From contig CP060262.1 of NCBI GenBank assembly GCA_022646745.1, forward strand, positions 1,650,001-1,682,000: DNA of 32,000 nucleotides. Reading direction: 5' to 3'. How positions within the stretch are numbered: the first letter of the stretch is position 1; each line of letters begins with the position of its first letter. A program made the position numbers and the translations under genes. The DNA is from Planctomycetales bacterium. GTDB lineage: Bacteria > 4484-113 > JAFGCY01. Shown here piece after piece: positions 22,473 to 28,143 of the stretch. The notes below the pieces were generated by a model. That model worked only from the letters and a program-made list of their open reading frames with translations. It had not been told where the DNA came from and made no database searches.

Positions 22473-23241
22473 CGGCTCTCTCCCCTGCTGCGGACTGCAG
22501 CGGATGCTGTTCCAGATTATCGCGCCTGTCACGCGTCCTTGCATACAGCCCCGCCCCGCCAGCGGCAATGAACAACAGGCAGACCCACTGGGCGAGTGAC
22601 AATCCGGCGAACAGGCCGTCCTGCTGGCGCGTGGCTTCCACGGTAAACCTGAGCAGGCCGTAGCCCGCCAGGTAGCAGAGGAACAGGTCGCCTTCCTCAG
22701 CGAGGCGTGTGCGCAGCCAGAGCAGCAGTCCGAGCAGGGCAATCAGGCCAAGCGCCATGTAAAGCTGGCTCGGGTGCACGGTGTTGCCATCCTGCGCGGC
22801 TGCCCAGGGCAGGTTGCAGGCGCGGCCGCCGCAGCAGCCACTGAACCAGCAACCGAAGCGGCCGACGGCTTCACCGGCAGTCAGGGCCAGCGCGAAGGGC
22901 ATGCCTGTGCTGTAGCGGATCCCGAGCCGTGACTTGGCAATCTCGACGGCGATCCAGCCCACTAGCAGGCCACCAAGTACGGTCCGGCCGCCGCCGAAGG
23001 GGCTTGGCAGGGATGTGTCGCCTGTCGGCAGGCCGAGCGCCAGCCACTGGCTGAGCTTCGCTCCGACAGTGCCGCCGAGCAGCGCGGCAGCCAGCAGGAT
23101 GATGCGTGCATTGCCGGTTGGCAATGGATGGCGGCTGAGGCGCTGGGCCAGCATGAACACGATGCTGCCAACGAGGTAGCCGGCGGCGTGCAGGCTGCTG
23201 CCAAGCGCCGGGTTGCTGCCCGGCTCAGGCACCCTTGCCAT
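22465..23241 (-). CDS. Lgt-family (prolipoprotein diacylglyceryl transferase-like) membrane protein, a divergent variant with a Cys-substituted signature loop
   Basis: Contains the HPSQLY motif (TVHPSQLYMALGLIALLGLLLW), GGRTVLGGLLVGWIAV and the loop GRFGCWFSGCCGG where E. coli Lgt has GRLGNFINGELWG (from memory). The start is uncertain (ATG 23241, GTG 23232 or upstream ATGs up to 23304). All options overlap the radical SAM gene end. Confidence 0.75.
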   Translation of the reverse strand: MARVPEPGSNPALGSSLHAAGYLVGSIVFMLAQRLSRHPLPTGNARIILLAAALLGGTVGAKLSQWLALGLPTGDTSLPSPFGGGRTVLGGLLVGWIAVEIAKSRLGIRYSTGMPFALALTAGEAVGRFGCWFSGCCGGRACNLPWAAAQDGNTVHPSQLYMALGLIALLGLLLWLRTRLAEEGDLFLCYLAGYGLLRFTVEATRQQDGLFAGLSLAQWVCLLFIAAGGAGLYARTRDRRDNLEQHPLQSAAGERADG

Positions 23242-24829
23242 CCACGAGCGTGCTGCCATCGCGGCGGTAGCGCGGCCTGCCATCCGGGAAGTCGGATGCA
23301 TCATCGAACAGCCAGCGCCAGCAGAAGCTCAGGCGGCGCGGGTCCTCCTCGAAGCTGCCGCTGTGCACGCAGCACTGGCGGATGCGGTCGGAGTTGAAGG
23401 TGTGGGCGTCCATGAACTGCTTGATGGTGATGCGGAAGCCGCGGGTGGCCAGCTCGTTGCCATCGGGCCGCTCGCCGCCGCTGCGTCCGCCGAGCCGTTG
23501 CCAGATCCCTCCGAGCTTCTCGAACAGGCCCGGCACGCAGGCGCACATGCGCGAGACCTCGAGTGCGAGCTGCGGCGCCCCCGGCCCGAGCTGTTCGCTC
23601 AGCACCTTCGTCAGGCTGCCGCTCTTCAGCATGTCAACGACGGGCTGGCTCAGGCCGTCGAAGGTGATCGTATTGGCAACGAGGTGCACCCACTGCCTGA
23701 GGTTGTCGCGCCCGATCAGCTGCGGCAGGGACTTCCAGCTGCCGTCGGACAGCTTAAGCATGTATGAGATGTCGCAGCAGTCGCGGTGCGAACAGGGCAG
23801 GGGCACGAAGTCGTCCGCCGTCATTGCGCCGTCAGTCCAGCCGGCCAGCCGTTTCAGGATGCCGGTCGGGGTGGTGCGGTCCATCGGGTCATAGCCCGGG
23901 AAGCGCCCGCTGCCGAACATCGGCTGCAGGGCCACGCCGGAGCAGTAGGGGCTGTCCAGCCCGTGCCGGATGATGCGGCCGCACTGTTCCTCGTTGACAT
24001 TGCGCATCACGGTCGTCACCAGGGTATGGAAGATGCCGCGCTCGTTCATGCGCGCACTGGCCAGCAGTTTCTCCTCCAGCACGTCCTCATTGCGCAGCAC
24101 GTGTGAGGTGTTGCCATCGAAGCCGTCGAACTGCAGGTAGACCTCCACCTGGCGGCGATGGGCCGCGAGGAAGTCCAGCAGCGTGTCGTTAGTGGCAATT
24201 TCGCGGCCGTTGCTGTTGAGCATGATGCGGGTGATGTTGCGCGTTGCCAGCGCTTCGATCATCGGCACGATGTCGCGGCGCACCGTCGGTTCGCCGCCGC
24301 TGAGCATCACAACGCCGAGCCGGCCGCCTTCGCGGGCGAGCATCGTGTCCACCGTTGCCAGGATTTCCGGGAGAGTCGGGCGCTCCTCGACGGGTTCGGC
24401 CGTGCCCGGTGGCTTCGCACTGGCGAAGCAGGCCGGGCAACCGTAGTTGCAGCGCTCGGTGACGTTCAGCAGCAGGATGCAGGTGTGCTGCGCATGGCTT
24501 GCGGGCAGGCCATGGCGATAGGCATCCGGGAAGCCGCCGGGCAGGCCGGGGCGGTCGGGGACCACTGTGCTTGTCGGCGTGGACCAGCCGCGGCGGCCCT
24601 GCCAGAGTGTGGCATCCTCCTCGTAGAGGGACTCCGTCTCGCCGTGCACCTCGCAGAAGCGCCGCATCCAGATGCTGCCGGAATGGCTGACGAGCATGCC
24701 GTCCTTCCAGACCCCGGCCTCATCGCTGGCGCGCTGCCTTTCCGCAAAGCAGTGCGGGCAGACGGTCTGCACGAATTCCTCGATGGTGTACTGGCGCAGC
24801 TCTGGCGCTGCGATGCCTTCCGGGTCCAC
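23225..24829 (-). CDS. Radical SAM enzyme, COG1964-like architecture (the family that, to my recollection, includes archaeal tetraether lipid synthase Tes/GDGT-MAS and MJ0619-type enzymes)
   Basis: CxxxCxxC core: NVTERCNYGCPAC, then MLSGGEPT. N-terminal knuckle: VCPHCFAE...RRFCEVHGE. Further Cys clusters: PLPCSHRDCCDISY and RIRQCCVHSG. GTG start at 24829 with no SD. A TATACT -10-like hexamer ends 6 nt upstream. Confidence 0.8.
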   Translation of the reverse strand: MDPEGIAAPELRQYTIEEFVQTVCPHCFAERQRASDEAGVWKDGMLVSHSGSIWMRRFCEVHGETESLYEEDATLWQGRRGWSTPTSTVVPDRPGLPGGFPDAYRHGLPASHAQHTCILLLNVTERCNYGCPACFASAKPPGTAEPVEERPTLPEILATVDTMLAREGGRLGVVMLSGGEPTVRRDIVPMIEALATRNITRIMLNSNGREIATNDTLLDFLAAHRRQVEVYLQFDGFDGNTSHVLRNEDVLEEKLLASARMNERGIFHTLVTTVMRNVNEEQCGRIIRHGLDSPYCSGVALQPMFGSGRFPGYDPMDRTTPTGILKRLAGWTDGAMTADDFVPLPCSHRDCCDISYMLKLSDGSWKSLPQLIGRDNLRQWVHLVANTITFDGLSQPVVDMLKSGSLTKVLSEQLGPGAPQLALEVSRMCACVPGLFEKLGGIWQRLGGRSGGERPDGNELATRGFRITIKQFMDAHTFNSDRIRQCCVHSGSFEEDPRRLSFCWRWLFDDASDFPDGRPRYRRDGSTLVDGKGA

Positions 24830-24855
24830 GCGATGAGTATAGGGGGAGTAGTGTT

Positions 24856-24890
24856 CAGTGGGCAGTGGTCAGTAGTCAGTGGGCAGTAGT
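24856..24890. repeat. Five tandem heptamers CAGTGGG CAGTGGT CAGTAGT CAGTGGG CAGTAGT immediately upstream of the radical SAM operon
   Basis: Read directly. The array covers the position where a -35 element for the TATACT hexamer (24841..24836, minus strand) would lie. Confidence 0.85.
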
Positions 24891-25040
24891 TCTTGGGCGG
24901 AAGGGGAGCAGGCCAGGCAACGGCAAAACCGGATTTAACGAACTTCCGCCTTGCCCAGCGGATGAAGCTACTTCATTGGCAGCGAGGTCGCTTCAGCCAG
25001 ACCCGCTGGCCGATATGTTGCCAGACTGACATCTTGCCTC

Positions 25041-25061
25041 CGGTAACTTCAGGCCGACCCG
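25041..25061. repeat. Partial copy of the 28-nt CTCAACCCGTWWCTTCAGCGCGACCCGG repeat family (CGGTAACTTCAGGCCGACCCG)
   Basis: Similarity by eye to 26100..26127, 26151..26178 and 26346..26373. It lies on the left flank of the AT-rich island. Confidence 0.5.
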
Positions 25062-25374
25062 CTGAAGCTTGCCTTCAGCGCAGGCCCAGACCGACGAGCA
25101 ATCCTGAGAGACGCATTATCCAGGCGATTGTGCATTTAGTCTAGGAAGAACTGTTTATCTCCGCTGCTCATCCGTACGAATTGATGATTGAAGTCACAGA
25201 CTGGTGCGACTTGCTTTGGATTAGGTATATTATTGCACGAATAAACTGACTGGAGTGGAGGCAATGAGTTACCTTGTGGAAGGGAGAACATACATCCAAC
25301 TTCAGCTATACACTTGGCATTAATTGCGTCATGAATTGTCTGTGTGCTACAAATAGGGAAGGTTGACAACTATT

Positions 25375-25956
25375 ATGAAGAATAGAATGTTAGAGTTCGG
25401 GATAGCTCTCTTGACAGTCAGTATGTCATTTGTTCTTTGCCAGACTACGGCATATGCCGAAAGCATAGACCAGTTACTCACTTCATATCTGCATATCACG
25501 GATTCTACATTGCTGAAACTCAACGACGAAGAAAGATTGTGGCTGTGTTCCAAAATGTACGACTCTCAGTCAAGCACTGAGGATGACCAGATCCTATCTC
25601 AGATCCAACTAAAAATCGATCAAGATGAGTATTCAGTCATTCTCAAAACTCTTCATCCATCTGTTTATCATATGTTTTACCAAAGGATATCTACAGATAG
25701 TTATCTTTACAATTCAGTTGATAAAGTTGTGAAACAAAATATTGACAGTGGTGTTCTTACAAAAGAAGATCGTGCATTACTAGAAGGCAATGATATAGTC
25801 CTCTACAGTATCTTACGTGTAATTGATAAAATGTTAAGAAACTCAGAGTCGAACAGGATGAATCTTTCGGAAGAAGATAAATTATTGCTACTTACAATTT
25901 TTGAATGTTATCATTCAAATCCTAGTTACGAATACTTAATGGAAAATCTCCCATAA
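25375..25956 (+). CDS. Secreted hypothetical protein (193 aa) encoded in a strongly AT-rich island
   Basis: Signal peptide: MKNRMLEFGIALLTVSMSFVLCQTTAYA-ES. It is the only long ORF in the AT-rich stretch. GGGAAGG sits 12 nt upstream of the ATG at 25375. The track TTG start at 25363 directly abuts the SD and is unlikely. The protein is helical, rich in D/E/S/L, with no family recognised. Confidence 0.6.
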   Translation: MKNRMLEFGIALLTVSMSFVLCQTTAYAESIDQLLTSYLHITDSTLLKLNDEERLWLCSKMYDSQSSTEDDQILSQIQLKIDQDEYSVILKTLHPSVYHMFYQRISTDSYLYNSVDKVVKQNIDSGVLTKEDRALLEGNDIVLYSILRVIDKMLRNSESNRMNLSEEDKLLLLTIFECYHSNPSYEYLMENLP

Positions 25957-26099
25957 ATTCTGCGCATGTTTGATCATCCAAATTCCTTCCCTTCATCCCG
26001 GGACCACTAACGATGTTGGAGAACCAGCATATCATGTAGCCTATTACCCCCTCTCAAGTTCTGTTTTCGTGCTCCCAGCTGCGCCTGAATTCCTCAAGG

Positions 26100-26373
26100 C
26101 TCAACCCGTTACTTCCACCCGACCCGGATGCGGCGGCATTTCGTCTTCGACTCAACCCGTTTCTTCAGCGCGACTCGCTGGCAGCGTATGCGCCAGACCA
26201 AGTTCTGTTTCCCGCTCATGCGAGCATTCACGGGTCTGCAATGCAGCTCAAGGCAAAGCCTCTCGCTGATTGCGTGGACAGGAGGGTATCCAACGGGAGA
26301 AGTAACTTCAACCCGATCACGCCTGCGGCGTGATTTCGCCTGCGGCTCAACCCGTAACTTCAGCGCGACCCGG
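26100..26373. repeat. Cluster of three copies of a ~28-nt repeat (26100..26127, 26151..26178, 26346..26373), plus a second 28-nt repeat CCCGCTCATGCGAGCATTCACGGGTCTG (26211..26238) that recurs at 29982..30009
   Basis: The three copies are ctcaacccgttacttccacccgacccgg, ctcaacccgtttcttcagcgcgactcgc and ctcaacccgtaacttcagcgcgacccgg. The second family matches 26 of 28 nt between its two copies. An inverted partial copy (gggtcgggttgaacttg) lies near 30036..30052. Confidence 0.7.
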
Positions 26374-26610
26374 GCGGCTTAGCCGACCGCAGCGCCAGAC
26401 TGCTGAAGCTTCAGCTGAAGCAGAAAGGCAAAACGGGACCGGATCCTTCTCGCGGGTCCAGTCCCGTTTGTGCTTCTCGTTCCTGTCGTACTTCCTCGGG
26501 CTGTGGCTGCCACCGCCCCTGTACTCCAGGATGTGCCGGATATGCTCTTCAGCACGTCCGTACTTCAGTACGTGCTCCTTCTTACGGGAGCCCTTCTTCT
26601 TCTTCGGCAT
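26347..26610 (-). CDS. Doubtful small, very basic protein (87 aa): MPKKKKGSRKKEHVLKYGRAEEHIRHILEYRGGGSHSPRKYDRNEKHKRDWTREKD...
   Basis: It has an excellent SD (GGGAGG, 5-nt spacer) before the ATG at 26610 and GC3-rich codons over the first ~55 codons. However, the reading frame runs through a terminator-like hairpin and into the repeat cluster before reaching a stop. Confidence 0.35.
   Translation of the reverse strand: MPKKKKGSRKKEHVLKYGRAEEHIRHILEYRGGGSHSPRKYDRNEKHKRDWTREKDPVPFCLSASAEASAVWRCGRLSRPGRAEVTG
26418..26469 (-). terminator. Strong hairpin (9 bp + mismatch + 6 bp stem, 26431..26469) followed on the minus strand by TTTTGCCTTTCT: a rho-independent terminator candidate, possibly bidirectional
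   Basis: AAACGGGAC-C-GGATCC ttctcgc GGGTCC-A-GTCCCGTTT, read directly. Confidence 0.45.
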
Positions 26611-26872
26611 ATGCGCCTCCCGTGGCGAAATGTTTCCGCAGAAACAATACCCCAAAGCCATTGACACGCTTCTGATTTTCCGTGGTATTCTCAACGGTGC
26701 CTGTGTTCCGTATCACAGAATCCAAGCGGGGTGCGGGCAAAACACAGTGGGTGCACGAAGGATTTGAAGAGTAGAGATACCGGTTTGCTGAAGGCTGTCT
26801 ACCAAGATTGACCCGACTCCGTTTTCCCCCTCCCAAGAACCCGACTCACGCAACTGTTTTTCTGGAGATTGT

Positions 26873-27259
26873 ATGAATATCTATGTAGGCAACCTGTCAT
26901 ACAGGCTTTCTGATGTCGAGCTTCGCAACCTGTTTGAGGAGTTCGGTTCTGTTTCCTCGGCCAACATCATCAAGGACAAGTACAGCGGCCAGTCCAAGGG
27001 CTTCGGCTTTGTCGAGATGGACAACGAGGATGAGGCGAAGCGTGCAATGGAGGCCATGAACGGCAAGGAAGTCGGCGGCCGCGAGATCGTGGTGAATGAA
27101 GCCCGCCCGCGCAAGGAGTTCGGCGGCGGCGGTGGCGGCGGTGGCCGTCGCGGCGGTGGTGGTTATGGCGGCGGTGGCGGCGACCGTGGTGGCTATGGCG
27201 GCGGTGGCGGCTATGGCGGCGGCGGCGGCGGCTACAGCGATGGCGGCCGCGGCTGGTAA
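26873..27259 (+). CDS. RRM-type RNA-binding protein with a glycine-rich (RGG/YGG) C-terminal tail
   Basis: RNP2 is IYVGNL and RNP1 is KGFGFVEM. The tail is GGGGGGGGRRGGGGYGGGGGDRGGYGGGGGYGGGGGGY. SD GGAG sits 5 nt before the ATG. Confidence 0.9.
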   Translation: MNIYVGNLSYRLSDVELRNLFEEFGSVSSANIIKDKYSGQSKGFGFVEMDNEDEAKRAMEAMNGKEVGGREIVVNEARPRKEFGGGGGGGGRRGGGGYGGGGGDRGGYGGGGGYGGGGGGYSDGGRGW

Positions 27260-27267
27260 ACAGCCCC

Positions 27268-27287
27268 TCCCGGCATTGAAGCCGGGA
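27268..27287. terminator. Short hairpin TCCCGGC-attgaa-GCCGGGA between the convergent RRM and xseB genes (weak terminator candidate)
   Basis: 7-bp stem read directly; no U-tract. Confidence 0.3.
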
Positions 27288-27310
27288 ATCAAACCCGACT
27301 AATCAGACGG

Positions 27311-27577
27311 TCAGTGCTGGTCCGGATCCTTCAGGACCCACTGGCCGTCCTTGTTTTCCACGTACTGCGATACGCGCAGCTGGGCCTGCTCCAGGAACTT
27401 CTGGCAGTTGCGCACCAGCCCGACCCCCTCCTCGAAGCGGCCCAGCAGTTCCTCCAGCGGAAGCTCACCGCGCTCCATCTCCGCCACGATCTCCTCGAGG
27501 CGGGCGAAACTGGCCTCGAACGCGCCAGCGCCTGATTCAGCCTGCGGGCTCACTGCATCGCCATCCTTGCCGGGCAT
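27311..27577 (-). CDS. xseB: Exodeoxyribonuclease VII small subunit
   Basis: FEASFARLEEIVAEMERGELPLEELLGRFEEGVGLVRNCQKFLEQAQLRVSQ matches the XseB pattern (compare E. coli [50 protein letters not shown], from memory). The ATG at 27577 has GGAGG with a 5-nt spacer. The longer track ORF (to 27712) is an over-extension. Confidence 0.85.
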   Translation of the reverse strand: MPGKDGDAVSPQAESGAGAFEASFARLEEIVAEMERGELPLEELLGRFEEGVGLVRNCQKFLEQAQLRVSQYVENKDGQWVLKDPDQH

Positions 27578-27975
27578 CTCTTCCTCCGTGTGATCGGCCG
27601 CCTCATCGTGGGTGCCGAACAGATCCTCAACCATGCGAGCATTGTAGCTGAAGCGAGCCGTATGGCCACCTGGCCCTGCGCTGCCTCCAGCTTGATTGTG
27701 AAACCCCGGCAAACCCGGCTTACAGTCAGAATTGGAGGGTTATACATATTATTGGTAAGTCCATGTGCCAGCACTTTTGCAGGTCGCAAGCAATGGGTAA
27801 AAACTGTTTGACATGCCCGAGTTGTGAGTACCTGTGACCGCCGGTTTCGGCAGGCAGGGGGCTGGACAGACCGGGTAGTTTTGCCATTTTAGTCAATTCT
27901 CGCTTGACAGGGCCCGTTTGAGACAGGAAGCGGATTCATCGTGAAGAGGGAATGGACTGAAATTGTGAATTATGG

Positions 27976-28042
27976 AAAAAATTGAAAAATTAAGCAAAAT
28001 TTAAGATTCAGTTTGACTTCCATGATTATCAAAGGGTAAACT
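27976..28042 (+). promoter_or_regulatory. Candidate strong promoter of the LruC-type lipoprotein gene: three phased A-tracts (27976, 27985, 27996; UP-element-like), -35 TTGACT (28013..28018), N18, -10 TAAACT (28037..28042)
   Basis: Read directly. It predicts a ~95-nt leader, then GAGGAGAAGG before the ATG at 28144. Confidence 0.45.
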
Positions 28043-28143
28043 ACTTAGGTTGTGGATGCAGCAGGTGTGCGGATACGCTCGCTAAACTGCATTGTAAGGA
28101 AAACTAAATTAGAAAGGCATGTGAATTTCTGAGGAGAAGGGAA

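Noticed and set aside
21547-22571. Plus-strand ORFs 21547..21942, 21749..22324 and 21939..22571, and the long minus ORF 21739..22407
   Set aside because: They are overlapping shadows of the two small minus-strand membrane-protein genes. Those genes have good SDs and ATGA/8-nt coupling to their neighbours.
25136-25369. 77-aa Cys-rich minus-strand ORF in the AT-rich island, and the 68-aa ORF 25347..25553(-)
   Set aside because: The first would start 6 nt from the start of the divergent 193-aa gene, leaving no promoter space. The second lies antisense inside the 193-aa gene. Neither has an SD.
26330-26767. 145-aa plus-strand ORF across the repeat cluster
   Set aside because: It is built from repeat units and the antisense of the SD-bearing small basic ORF, and its composition is not protein-like.
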